Positions 1 through 17,006 of a DNA stretch of 64,000 nt are shown here, one piece after another. The position numbers and the translations under genes were made by a program. Numbering within the stretch: position 1 is the first letter of the stretch; each line of letters starts with the position of its first letter. A model generated the notes under the pieces. The model ran no database searches, was not told the origin of the DNA, and was given only the letters and a program-made list of their open reading frames with translations. The DNA is from Ancylonema sp. (taxonomy: Eukaryota). The stretch is taken from positions 1 through 64,000 of the forward strand of contig JBFLGF010000058.1 in assembly GCA_050230475.1 (NCBI GenBank), in the 5' to 3' direction.

Positions 1-1391
1 TGTCACTGTATAGTGTGTCACTATATCAAGACAGGTTATTATTTAACACGTCAAATTCTGGGTGATAACCGGAAATCGGGCGGAAAACTTTCTATCAGTT
101 AGGACAGGCGATTAATTAGCACAGTATTAATTGGGACACAGGTTTCACTGTATCAGCTTGTCTAATTATCCCCTTTTAAAGTAATATAACTTTTCCGCCT
201 GCCCAGTAATAATTCAGACAGGTTACTGTCAAGCGGACACGGACGAGTTGTCGCTTTTTGGAATCGGGATACGGGGACACGGGAGGCGTTCCTCGTCAGA
301 GACTGTGTGACGTGTCCGTTCGTCCGTGCATCTAAGAAATAACGACTCGCCCACTGCCATTTCTCGGAGTCTGTAGTGAGGTGTCAGGGGGGGTCGGAGG
401 GAACGCAATGGTGAGCTCGCCAATGGATCTTAAGTCACTCGTCACCTCCTCTGTTCCTGCTCAGCTCAACAGAGATTTAAGATCTGAGATCAGGGCACAT
501 ATACAGGCGCTGTTGAGACCCGAAAATGAAGACTCGGGTCGGTGTGCCCGTATCCGTGCGGGGATCATGTCAGAAAAAAACAATAATAATAGTTCAAGTC
601 GTCGGTACAGATCGGGAGAACAGGGTTACCTCCACTCAAACTTGCCACGTCATCGTACCCGTTGCTACATATATCCCGTCAGTTGGACCTCACAGCACCC
701 TCTCAACCCCCTGATGAGGAAACGTACGCCAGCTGTCACTCGTCCTACGAAACACTTCATTCGACGCATGCTGGGCATGCCTCACGAAGAAGCTTCGTGG
801 TCGGTGCGACAGCTGGCGAGCCCATACCACGCCTCATCCCCGCGCTCGCTCAACAAGTTGATGCCACGTGTCGGAATTCAGGGTCCCAAGTAAGCTTGAG
901 TCTGCTGCCGACCCTAAAAACAATTTCAGATATCGGATCGAGAAAGGATAGGAAAATCTTGAAGGAAGATTCGTCCTTCCTATGAAAACTTCCGGTAGAT
1001 CGAAGAATTTGGAAACAGTTTGCACTCTCCGTCCTCTTCCTGAAGGCACTCTGAGCCGCTATTGCGGCACCAAAATCCAAATCAACAAACGGGATCCGTA
1101 TATCTTGTATGATCTACCCTCAGCTACTATTGTCACTCTATACGCGCCATAGGCACCAGGATATCAGCAAGCAGAAGGGTGGCTACAGAGGGGGTGGACC
1201 AAATTGTCTTTCTGGATAGTTGTGACCATACAGACGCATTCATGGTTTCATGAAAGTGAACAGAGTTCCCAATCGAGCACTCCCGAAGTATGTCACAACA
1301 TATACCAAAAAATAATGATATATAGTTGCATGCATATACATGCTCCTGCCCAAGGGGTGTGTGTATGACTGCATTCACATACACTAGTCCG

Positions 1392-1665
1392 TACATGCAT
1401 ACATACATACATACATACATACTTAAATGTATACATACGTACATACATACATACATACAGACATACATACATACATACATACAGACATACAGACATACAT
1501 ACTTAAATGTATACATACGTACATACATACATACATGCATACAGACATACATGCATACATACATACATACATACATACATACATACATACTTAAATGTAT
1601 ACATACGTACATACATACATACATACATACATACATACATACATGCATACATACATACGTTCATT
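1392..1665. repeat. (TACA)n microsatellite with a recurring TACTTAAATGTATACATACG interruption
   Basis: Directly visible; source of the YIHT/MYVC pseudo-ORFs. Confidence 0.95.
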
Positions 1666-1852
1666 CATACTAAAATCATACAACCGTACGTTAAAAAGTA
1701 CATACTACTTTTTCCTTAACTTGCTCAATTTTTTTGTCATAGAATTCATCATATTGCCCCAAACACCAGGGACCAATTGCACCGCCGTTCCTTCCCTCTT
1801 TTTAATACAACCTTTATATATAATTTCATCCTGTTTCCATGGCCTGTATCAG

Positions 1853-6067
<4,215 letters not shown>

Positions 6068-7865
6068 CGTGGAGAAAATTTGGGATATTGGAGGGGGAGG
6101 AGGATTAAAGTGGAGTCGGGGAGGGTGGAGAAGGGTTGGGAGTATGTTTGATGTGGTTTTTTTTTGGTTTGGTTGTATCGAAATTGAAACATGAATGTCC
6201 ACATCGAAAATTGAGACATTGAACAAACATTTCATGGACCAACACCATTTGCCAGAGTCCGTACGGGTCCGGAATCGGAAAATAGACGGACTACGCTCGT
6301 TTTAGGGTTTACTTCTATGATAGACGTGGCACAAAATCATCAACGAAGTAGTTCTAAGGGGAGTTGGTTCTCTACAGAAAACCTATTGAAGCTATATAAT
6401 AAAATTTAGAAGTACCCTAGTACCGCCGGTCCGAAATCTGGGGCTTGATAAAACGAACGGTGGTCCGGAACTAGGGCAGGTCCGTTCATCATCCGCAGTC
6501 CATCTAAACTATGCTCGGAGACCGGGCGCGGAGTGGGGCGAAAGATACTACGCCAATACATTATCTTTTTATGCGGGAATGTCATGGCCTTCAGATGCAC
6601 AGCCGCGACTCAATCCTACTATGGAAGCTGTAATTTTACATTGATTACGAAATTCAACAATTCGTTAGATGGCAACATTATCGGCGTATTTCTCATGACA
6701 TGTGCGCGTAAACACCCATATGTATGTTTCCGTTGTAGCATGTGTCTTATCAAGATTGGATACGTAACCTGTGGTACATTTGGATAGACAACATGAGCAT
6801 TTTCCAGTTTTGCATAACTTCTACATAAAATTTGAACAACTTTCACGTGAGACAAAGTTAATCCGTGTCAAACTCGTACAAAGATAATTTGGGATATAGT
6901 TGTATCAATCATTGAAATCACCTTAGTGCTTAAATGCCGCGAATCCCGATCACGTTCCAATCTGATCGGAATCGGATCGCACATTCCCGATCGGATCGGG
7001 TACAACAATGATTCATATCAACTTACGTGTTTGTTGTATACGGAACAGTGTCGCCGTTATGTCACTACGATAGTTAAAATTCATAACTACCTTAAAAAGA
7101 AAACTCTCAAGTACAGGCGTTTTAACTGCGCCAATATTGAGATAACGTAAAATTCGCGAACCTGCATAACACTAGCACTAGTCCTCTAGCACTTCGTGTA
7201 CACCCCTCCTTATCGTAACTTCCTTTATTCTCCTTCACTACTACTTCCATAGTTGGCCGTGCACCGTACGCGACATTTGTGCGCGCGTGCGGGACGCGCA
7301 CGGCAATTGTCGCAATTGTCGCTACCCTTGCAAGTATTGATTGCAAGCCGTTTCGTTCACTTCATAAGATCGTTCTAAGTTAGTTGCACCGTTTCGTGCA
7401 CGCTCAGCCACATACTTTCACCCGTTGATTTGTATCATGCTGAAATAGATCGTTAGAAAGAAAACTACTGTTTCTCGTATATTTTGAACTTTGTCGATTT
7501 TCATCGTTATAAACGATTTTTGTTGTTATAAAATATTTGCAACAAGTTACGTGAGATCTGAGTATTTTTCTATATCCAGTATATCAAGAAAAGTCGGTGT
7601 AGTAATTTTCAGAAGTTGATTCCACGTTGTCTAGTTTGTTGATCAGATTGATTGATTTCAGTGCGCGCTGAGTCGGCCACTCAAAATAGCCAGTCAATCC
7701 ATTTAGGTGAGCTGTTGCACGTGCTAGCAGAGTATCCTAGTTTGATAGAACCTTATCTTCAGTCTAGTTGGTTACTTTTATCTCTGCTCTTAGATCAGAT
7801 TTCGATTTGTGAGATTTCTGCGAGCGAGTTCTAGACCCGCCGCGTCGATTGTTCAAAAGGAAAAA

Positions 7866-8181
7866 TCTCTTTCAAGAGGTGTTGCGATGTCATCACAGAC
7901 GAGTTGCATTAGCAGCATACCCGCCTTCTTTGATCTTTTGCGATTTTTTTTGACGTCTACTGTCTACTGATCCATCTCTGCTTCATTCCTCAACCAATTT
8001 CCATCATCGTAACTAGCTCTAACCTCATTTGGTATTGTCTATGTCCCATTGCAAATCTCAAGGCACTCGGCATCATCAAGAGAATTAAGGCATTAGATGT
8101 CCATGCTTGAAAGGTTACTTTGTCTTCGTCCAGAATGCAATACCGTGCTCTAGGGTAGCAGTGAGAACTTACTTCTGCCAT
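7866..8181 (-). pseudogene. Decayed Ty1/Copia gag N-terminal fragment
   Basis: With one frameshift and two stops reads MAEVSS...LDEDKVTFQAWTSNALIL/LDDAECLEICNGT*TIP...KKNRKRSKKAGMLLMQLVCDDIA, the F-x-x-W...L...G...P...K-A pattern of Copia gag. Confidence 0.5.
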
Positions 8182-9256
8182 TGATGCGAGAATAAAGTTG
8201 ACTTCTCTTAATCTCTTTGCATCAAAAAGGATCACGCCATTACAAGCGTCGACACAACAAAAGTGAAATCTTGAAGTAGAGAGTATTAATTGACGAATGA
8301 TGTGTGCAAGTCCACACCTAGTGCAACCGATCGAACGTCTCAGTCAAAGATCTGCAGATATCGACACTTCTTAAGTCAACACCAATAACAACTAAGCATT
8401 ATGCCACATCATTTAATCTTATCGACACCTGTGCTTGATGGCCCCAACCTCCCAAGTCCGGTCTTTCTTACAATTCCGGCCGGCATTTGTTGAATAACGA
8501 CGGAACTCGAACTTAAACTAAAGAGATCTCATAAATCGATATAACGACAAAAATTCACAGCCCCTAAAAACTAATAATTGGTAGTACGGTGAGGGAATCC
8601 TTGTTATAGGCACGAGCCGTACAATGTGCTTATATGATGTGGTGCCCACACGTGTAGCCATACACAATCGTTATAGTTATGGGAGGTTATTTGGTGGAAC
8701 TAGGCCTGAAAAACGTGGGGTTTGTGTAGATGAGGCGAAGTCGTGAATAATCAATCGTAATAAATGGCCACATTATAAGGCATATGACCTCTTTGGTTAC
8801 TGATTTATATTACTGAAACTAGACATTCATTCATTCATTCATAAAATCTAAAATCGTTTTAAAACGTTGACAACATGTGGTCAATTTGATGTATGTGAGT
8901 AAGTGATGAAATGGTGAAAAACTGATAGAACCACGACAAGTTCAAAATTTGAACTTCAAATGATAAATGTAGTGTTAAAGGAGGGGGAGTGAAAAATAAG
9001 AAGTCAAGTGATTGAAAAACAAGGAGAGAGCACGTTGGTTTTTTTTTTTTCATCCACGAATAGCTTGGCATCATTTTTTTGGTGCTATTATTAATACATG
9101 CACATAGAAAACATGCACAAGAAAAAAAAAAATCGATTTTTTTAGATCAAGGGAGAAAAATAAAAACCTAAATACCAAGAATTTGTTTTTTTTGTTTTTT
9201 TGTTTTTTGTTTTTTGTTTTGTTTTTTTGTTTTTTTGTTTTGTTTTTACATGTTAA

Positions 9257-9410
9257 ATGTGGGTCATTCCATAATGTGGGTCACGAGATATTCAATATTT
9301 TTCAAGAGAGTTTGTGAAATTTACTATTGGGTGCGCGGGTTGGGTCAAATGGTGGTTTATTAGCTCTACTAAATCGTTAAAAAACCCGGGTCATTATGTA
9401 TGACCATTGG
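9257..9410 (-). mobile_element. Partial inverted copy of the ~237-bp CCGTA MITE family (see 13330 and 14213)
   Basis: GGGTGCGCGGGTTGGGTCAAA...CCCGGGTCATTATGTATG is the reverse complement of the MITE interior. Confidence 0.7.
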
Positions 9411-10644
9411 TAAACTGATTTTATCCTAGGTTTTGTACCTCGATGCACGGACCCAGTTCGAGATGCAGACCTTCAAATCCGGCTCCGAAGGATTGGGTAA
9501 CAATAATTCAGTTTCGAGACTTGGGTGGCTTGCGTGACTTGCGTAACAAAGTTTTGATGTGTGTAATCGTGGAGATACGTGCAAAGTAGATAGGCACTGC
9601 ACTAATATTTATCTATACTACCGGATCTTGCTCACATATACCAATGATTTTCATGAAAATTGATCACTTCTCACACGTCATTACTCGCCGATGTGTTTTA
9701 CTAAATCGCTTTCATAGCAATTTACATTTTGGCAAGGATGTCCACGTCTTGGGCGCATCTAGACACGGGCATGCAAGACTTTGTCCTAAGACCTCCAGAC
9801 GGATTTCAAAGCAATTATACCCAACCGACATGCTATCACTTTAATTTGTGTTTTCATGTTTTTGTAAAAAAAGATTGGAATCTTGAGTCCATGTCAACTC
9901 ATTGGTCGGTCATGCACCATCTCGTCCTAATCATTTAAACTCTTACGGAAAAAATGCAAATGCGAATCATTGGCCAATATTTATACGCGGATGCACCGAA
10001 TTTGGCGCAGTGGGAGGTCATCTATGCTTCAAAAGTCGCCATAACAAGGAAACAGGACATCACTTTGGTTTTTAACTTTTTCTTTCTTCCCATCATATCA
10101 CTTCACACAACCCCTAAGAGGAATCCGAACAACTAGGCAATGCTCCAAGAAGTTGCCTTTGTGTTGAGAACCTCTTACGCATCAAGCTAGTGCTCCACAA
10201 TGCAAACCACTCAGGGTTGCCAAAAGAGAAAAGAGAAACCAAACACCCTAATAAGAAAAGACCTAGAAAGCCAAGTAGATGGAATTTCACACAACACACC
10301 CCCCCGAAGTTTTGTGCAATCTCGAGATTCTCTCTTCGATTATACACAAATTTATTCCTTTACAAAGATAACGGTATGACAAACGTATTCAATACGTAAA
10401 AGGAACAACACACGAGATACACCCCTCAAGCACTCAAATCCCAAGGTTCAGCTTGCTTAGGGGGAGGAATGCTAACCAATCCAAACCATCGCGTCTGCAA
10501 ACCATTCCGACTACTGCATTAGGAACGGGATTCAGAAGAAACATGGATGATTCTCTCTACCTCCGTGCCTCAAAAACTTTTAGAAATGACATGACATCCT
10601 CATATGATATCATATGAGGATGCCATACTTTCTGAGATTACATA

Positions 10645-10936
<292 letters not shown>

Positions 10937-11504
10937 CATTCTTTTATTGTAGACTCCTAGAAGCCCCCTATTTACAGAAGAAAGTACATCTTATTCTCTT
11001 TTGACTTTCAGGCTTTGTACAAGGGATGTCTACGAGAATGGAACTTAGAGCACATGGGCGTGTGGAGAATTTGGCCCTAACTTCCATATGATTGGGAAAT
11101 CTGGGCTGGTTGGGAAGTTGTCGAGCCTCCGAATCTTTCGCAATGTTCCGAGAAGCAGTCTTCATGACATGATGTGACGCTCAGAGGTGCTGTTTTCCTA
11201 TCTCTCCTCCTCACACACGGGGCAGTCAGAGCCTTTTCTGTTGACAAGAAAGCACAACAGAGAAGCCATGAAGACGTATGAACGTTTGATTGGTTTACGA
11301 AACAGACTGACAACAGCTACTAAGTGGCTAGAAAGCACTTCTCACGCATTCCAGCAGCAGCAACAGCAGCAACAGCAGCAGCAGGCAACTCTCAAATCCA
11401 ACTCCCACTCCATGTTATGTTATGTTATGTTATGTTATCTCAATATTATGTTACTCCCACTTAATGTTATGTTATGCACATCACACATGACATGTTACAC
11501 AAAT

Positions 11505-11783
11505 TTATCGATACTTCTTTGGCCCGCTCTTGCTTGAAGTCATTTTCTTGAGCTCGGACTTCAACTCGCGATTTTCAGCTTCGAGGATTTTGTTCCTCTC
11601 CTGGATATCCTTGCAATATCCGTCGTCGCCGACATCGCCATTTTTGAATCGAAGAGGCCCAGGCTTCAGTGGCCGCCATCCCATCTGTCCTGCTATGGCC
11701 TTGATGCCATCCCCTATCGAGTTTATGCCAACCACGGCAGCGACTCCTATTCCACCAAATACGATTGTATTCCATAGCACCAT
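11505..11783 (-). CDS. Hypothetical 92-aa intronless protein (hydrophobic Gly-rich N-terminus, coiled-coil C-terminus)
   Basis: ATG after an AT-rich leader (TATAAGAGATG), GC-richer than its flanks; protein-like sequence IVFGGIGVAAVVGI...IQERNKILEAENRELKSELKK. Confidence 0.5.
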   Translation of the reverse strand: MVLWNTIVFGGIGVAAVVGINSIGDGIKAIAGQMGWRPLKPGPLRFKNGDVGDDGYCKDIQERNKILEAENRELKSELKKMTSSKSGPKKYR

Positions 11784-12265
11784 CTCTTATACTATATTAT
11801 TCACAGTTTTTGTGAAATGCCTACATATGTGGGGCGAACAGAAGAATAGTTTGTCGTCTTCTTTTGCAGTGAGAAACAAGGTTCTGATGAGCGCAAAAAC
11901 TATACCAAGCAAACGGCTCGCGTCTAACTAGCGGGCTTTGAACTTCATCCACTCAAAGTACTTTTTTTTTTTTTTTTTTTTTTGGCCTTTTGGGGGTCGA
12001 CCACTTGGCTCCGCTCCGGGCGAAAAAAAAAATGTCCGGATCGGAATCCGGGTCTTGTGCGCGCGCAAGCGATGCGCGCGCGCAAATCTTGCACGTGGCG
12101 CGCACCCATAGGCGTTAAAATAACCCACCACCCGAGGGGGGGGGATACTTTCCCACACCTCAAGGGGTGCGAGACGTTTCTAAAATCATGATATGTAATT
12201 GGTGAACCGGTTATAACGGCGGCACTAAACTATTTAGGGCCTGAGAACGTAATATCATAGATGTA

Positions 12266-12862
12266 CAGTGCTCCCTCGATATGACGACCCCCTTTATAGC
12301 GACATCCTCGACATGACGACCGTTTTTTAACTTTTCTAAAATCAATATGAAATCGCCCTCGATATAAGCATAACGGCACTCTATATAATAACAAATTGTT
12401 TCAGAAATTTGTTGCTAAATGTCCTTATACCGTGTATATATTGCTATTACTCGCAGATAACGATGTATGGAAAACGAGAAAAATTTAGAAACCTCATTAA
12501 CGACACGTGTTCAAGTTGTTTCGACATATGATATCAATATAACGCCGCCTCTGTTCTCCTCGGATGGTCCAGAATTAACTATTTTGTTCATCCGCATGTA
12601 TTGGTATCATGACGCACTTGTATAGCTCGTATATCAACACGCACGCTGAACTGGATAATCATGCCAAGGCAACTGACTCTAGGAAACACATAATAAACAT
12701 ATTTGCTTATTCACTTTGCTTCATTCGCAAATTCCCTCGATACAAGGACAGAGATTTCAGATTCTATTAGTAAATGTCGTTATACACTATATAACGACAC
12801 CTCGATATAACGATACTTTTTGGGGGATTTTTTTTTCCGTTATATCGAGGGAGGGAGCACTG
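12266..12862. mobile_element. pogo-like MITE with CAGTG termini
   Basis: TIR CAGTGCTCCCTC / GAGGGAGCACTG; TA left, AA right; repeated CTCGATAT(A/G)ACG subterminal motifs. Related ends at 1-35 and 38041-38097. Confidence 0.75.
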
Positions 12863-13062
12863 AACACGCCCGTCAGAATCTCCGCCCGGCGGCGCTCGCG
12901 GGCGGTGCCGCCCGTGGGTGAGACGCGGGCGGAAATGTACACTCTATTGTGACATTTGATAGGGCGACAATAGGAAAATGTCACTATATCGAGAGAAATT
13001 GAAGAATACTTCGGTTTTGTTAAGGGAGGTGGCTCATCTTACCGCGTTTTTATTAATATCCT

Positions 13063-13195
13063 TGACGTGCGGTTTAGAGTCGGTTGCTTATAAGGAGGCT
13101 GTAGAGGTATATCTGAGTTACATGGTGATCAATTGGTTGTTTTGATAAACTGCTTCGTTAATGTAGATCTTTACTGGTCTTGACGTAGATGTCAA
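13063..13195 (-). repeat. Fragment homologous to the PHD-Gypsy LTR
   Basis: GACGTGCGGTTTAGAGTCGGTTGCTTATAAGGAGG...GTAGATGTC matches 28648-28778 and 34979-35109. Confidence 0.8.
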
Positions 13196-13329
13196 TAGTG
13201 TTGGAATATTTTGGATAGCCATATGTTATGCTTGCTAGTCCAGTTGTTACCGGTTGCTCTAACCGGGAGCAATATTCCTAGATGTGCTTATATGCGGGGC
13301 CGGGCAAGTTTGNAACCTATATCCATATA

Positions 13330-13566
13330 CCGTAGTGGCCATACATAATGACCCCGGTTTTTAAAAACGAATTAATTTAGCCAAGAAACCACCACGACCC
13401 AACCCGCGCACCCTGTAGAAAATTTCCCAAAATCATGAAAAAATATTTATTATCAGGTGACCCACATTAAGAAATGACCCACATTTTTCAAAAATTGAGT
13501 AATTTAATTTGACCCTACCCACCCTTTTCATAATTATTTGTCGGGCATTACGTGTGGCGAGTACGG
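13330..13566. mobile_element. CCGTA-terminated pogo/Tc2-like MITE, copy 1
   Basis: TA-CCGTAGTGGCCATACATAATG...CATTACGTGTGGCGAGTACGG-TA. Confidence 0.8.
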
Positions 13567-13657
13567 TATAAAAAAAAGCATAAGATGATTTGCACCTTCA
13601 TGTTCTCCCGAACAATATTATGATGCGTGTTATCTTGTTTTCTCTATTACACTTCAG

Positions 13658-13819
13658 GTAAAATTTGGAGTCCTTTTTGACCAGACAGGAGATATTTTTG
13701 AGGCTTTGGGCGGCACACTGAAAGCTGCTAGAAAAAGGAAAATCATAAGTTATGGCCCCGAAATTTTATTTCAAGGCCGTGACAACAACGAGGACATAGC
13801 GTTGTTGGCTCCGAAATAG
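13658..13819 (+). CDS. ABRACL: Terminal exon of a Costars/ABRACL-family gene; first exon not found, possibly lost at the N at 13313
   Basis: Pyrimidine tract + TTCAG, then VKFGVLFDQTGDIFEALGGTLKAARKRKIISYGPEILFQGRDNNEDIALLAPK*, matching the Costars consensus VxFGxLF...IFEALVGTLxAAKKRKI...LLxQG. Confidence 0.85.
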   Translation, partial: VKFGVLFDQTGDIFEALGGTLKAARKRKIISYGPEILFQGRDNNEDIALLAPK

Positions 13820-14212
13820 AGGGAGGCTTTCATGCTAAAAAAAACAACTATAGTCGAATTCCGCATGACGGGTTGCATGTCAAAGTAGCGAAGTGCAAAC
13901 ATATGTAGGTTAGATAACCGGGGAAATTGAGTGGAGCCATGCTGGCAAAGGTCACAAGAGTATTTATTATTTATCCTTCCACGGCATCGATGTTCAACAA
14001 CGTTACGGGCAATCTCTTAAGACAACATTGTTATGATATTCAAGGCGGAGGTGCCCGAAAAATGGAGCAAATGAAGTGCATGAGTGCATGAGTATCAGCA
14101 TCCGGTTTGTTTTCCAACCAAATGATGTTCATGGCGTCGTGAAGATGCCTCGTCAATTGAGAATACAATTTATTTTGGTGCACACGAATTTTAGAGCAGG
14201 GACAGTCAACTA

Positions 14213-14450
14213 CCGTAGTGGCCATACATTATGACCCCGGGTTCTAAAAACGAAATAATTTATCTGAAAAATCACCACTTGACCCAACCCGCGCACCCAA
14301 TATAAAATTTCCCAAAATCCTAACAAATATTTATTATCTGGTGAGCCACATCATAGAATGAACCACTTTTAAAAAATATTAAATTATTTAATTTGACCCG
14401 ACCCACCCTTTTCATGATTATTTGTGGGTCACTATGTGTGGCCATTACGG
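14213..14450. mobile_element. CCGTA-terminated MITE, copy 2 (same orientation as 13330-13566)
   Basis: TA-CCGTAGTGGCCATACATTATG...TGTGTGGCCATTACGG-TA. Confidence 0.8.
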
Positions 14451-14658
14451 TATTTTGATATATATTTCACTCTTTTTTCTCTAGGTGCAACTCCCTCATC
14501 GCCGAAGTGACATTAAACTGTTCTCCAAAACATTGAAAAAAGGTCAAGTCACCCGGGACACTTCAAAGTGACCGGAATAATTTGTACACTATGTGTCCTA
14601 CACATTGTGGATCCTTCTTTCGTCCACGAAAGGAGACAAACACACAATACATCGCCCC

Positions 14659-17006
14659 TCACGTTTGATCGGTCTCTTCTTCATCACTGTCATATGAAGC
14701 CAATCCCAAAGGATTGGCACCCGCCGCAACATGAGCAATCTCCTGTCCAGGTTTACCAAAGAGGTCCTTGAGTTCCTCTTCCTTTCCTCTGATGCTTAAA
14801 TCATCAGAGGACTGAGCTTCGGCCTTGCTTGTTTTGTTCCCCTGAACAGATTCAAAACTCCCATCTTTTTTTCGTTTCGGTTGAGGTTTGACGGTGAATT
14901 TTGGGAACACTGTTTCTTGCTCCCTGTTCCGCTTCTTGGCTGTTGTTTGCTCGCCCGAAGTGTTGTCCAGAAAACGGTGGAGAAGGTGAAGGAGGATGAG
15001 AGGGGAGCATCTTAGCAAATGGTGAGGGGGTACATTTGCAGCGATAGTGAGGCTAAACAGCATGCGACACCATTGAAACTTGTATGTCTATAACACTGAC
15101 TCAGTTTACAAAGAAGACTCGATTTAGTCACTATCTAGAAACAAATGTCAATCCGATTATTCCTTGTTTGATATTCCTGATAAGGCGACAATGGCCTGAT
15201 GCTAGAGTAGATCAATAAGGTCTTTTTTTTTTTGTTTTTTTTTTGTTTTTTTATGCACACCGCTCAGGTATCAGGGAGGTCTTGAGGCCACTCCACTCAC
15301 CACTTTGCTGGTTTTGGCAGATTGAGGTTCGGCAATAGAAATTGTTCTGCTTGCAATCGCAGTCTGCAGGGCGAGACACACGGAAAACTCAACCTCTTAA
15401 CCTCTCAACCTCTCAACCTCTTGAGCTTCCATTGAGAAACTCAACCTCTTACCAGATTTGTAAAGATGACACGGATGTGCTTCACAAAAACCATGCCCCG
15501 AGTGCAGCTACGAGGTGTTACTTTGAGGCAGTCTCGCAACTGTACAGGTACTTCCTAGCATGTCAACCATGGAATGGGACTGTCACGGACATGACCCGAA
15601 CTCAAGAGAAAGGTCTTTCTTCCCTTCACGCTCTAGTACCACCTAGAGGATGCTACGTGTCGTGCATACTCAGATACTGAGGGTTTGAAATCCATCTTTG
15701 CGTTGTTCACCTGGAATTCGGTGATAGCTCTGCTCTCTTCCTCCTTCACCTCACGCTCTTTCTCTCGAGTATACTGCAGCCGTTTGTCAACATGAAGCCA
15801 CGTATAAAATGACACTCGTACCACGTTGAGCTTTGAAATACAGTACACTAACATTCACCGCAGTCTTCTGAGACAGAGATCTCTGGCATACGGAGAGGAC
15901 AGCTTCCAGCATGAAGTCTCGATCGATGACAACACCATGAATGACGAATAACGAATGTCGTTCATAGACTAAGTGCAGCAGCGCAAGGGGAAGCAGCGTG
16001 GGTGTTTCTTGGGCGGAGAGAAGCTGGTACCTTGTCGAAATTCTGCAGAAATTCTGTCTCCTCGTCATCCAGAGACTTGGGAGGCACTGTCAAGAGCACA
16101 GAGCTCAACTTCAGCCAGCTGCCGCACAGCTCAGGGGGGTCAATGTGCAGGCAGCTATCCCTGCATCCAGACTACCTCCACTCAGGTCTCGCCTACGACA
16201 ACTGCCATGGACGGGTGGCATCCACTCAGGTTTATATGTAATAGAAAAAAGGAAACAGCTGACTGGGAATGTCTCACTCTGCAGGATAGGGAGAGTGTGA
16301 TGACCGCAGGCATGCCTTCGTGAATTACTATCATGTTGGTGATGCTTCTTTAGCTGTCCGTCGAGATAACCCAGTCGACGAAGGGAGAAGACACTCAAAA
16401 GCCAACAAATACGCTGTTGTTGCTGACCATGCCAGTCAGGAGCACTCACAATGTTTGAACCGCGTCTTGAACTCTTCGTCCTTGGTCTGCTTCGCCTCAG
16501 CGAGGATCTGCATTGAGAAGCACGAGTGTAAGATAAGAGCGAATCATGAAAATACATCCGAAGCCCCGCGCTACCAGAAATGCAAGCAGGCTGTGATCAA
16601 TGATTACTAGCGGTTTCGGACTCCTGGATCCCAATGCACGGCAGATTCTTTCTGATGGTAACTCAACAAAATAAAGGCACGGCATAGCTAAAAACAATGA
16701 GTTTTATGTCTATCATCCGGACCTCGAATAGTGGTCTCTGTGGCTGTGCCGTTCCGTCTTGCACTCGCTCTCCGTTTTTTGCTTTGATGTCCTCAACCTG
16801 CAATTGCAGCAAAACATCCGCAGATAAATTTGCCTGTCAAACGGTTCTGCAAAATGTCTGGGAAATCTAAGTATTACGTACTGCACTCGACATGAATTGC
16901 CCGGAGGTACGGAAAACGCTAATTTTCGATCGTGCGGCGTCTTCACAGGGTTGTAATTTACCTCGTGCTCGCTGACGAAGTTCATTAGTTTCACCGAGTC
17001 TCCCAT
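14659..17006 (-). CDS. FAM192A: PSME3-interacting protein / FAM192A (NIP30) homolog. Exons 17006-16962, 16797-16723, 16507-16450, 16086-16031, 15773-15711, 15363-15301, ~14950-14659 (last acceptor uncertain)
   Basis: Spliced product MGDSVKLMNFVSEHEVEDIKAKNGERVQDGTAQPQRPLFEILAEAKQTKDEEFKTRFKHLPPKSLDDEETEFLQ...FQTAIASR...VKPQPKRKK...GLASYDSDEEE, matching plant NIP30 motifs. Confidence 0.88.

Noticed and set aside
1133..1719. MYVC/YIHT-repeat ORFs, and YI-repeat ORFs at 2726-3556 and 52225-52783
   Set aside because: Translations of TACA and TA microsatellites
11187..11537. PolyQ ORF
   Set aside because: Short CAG and TTATG repeats, probably in the 3' region of the opposite-strand ORF
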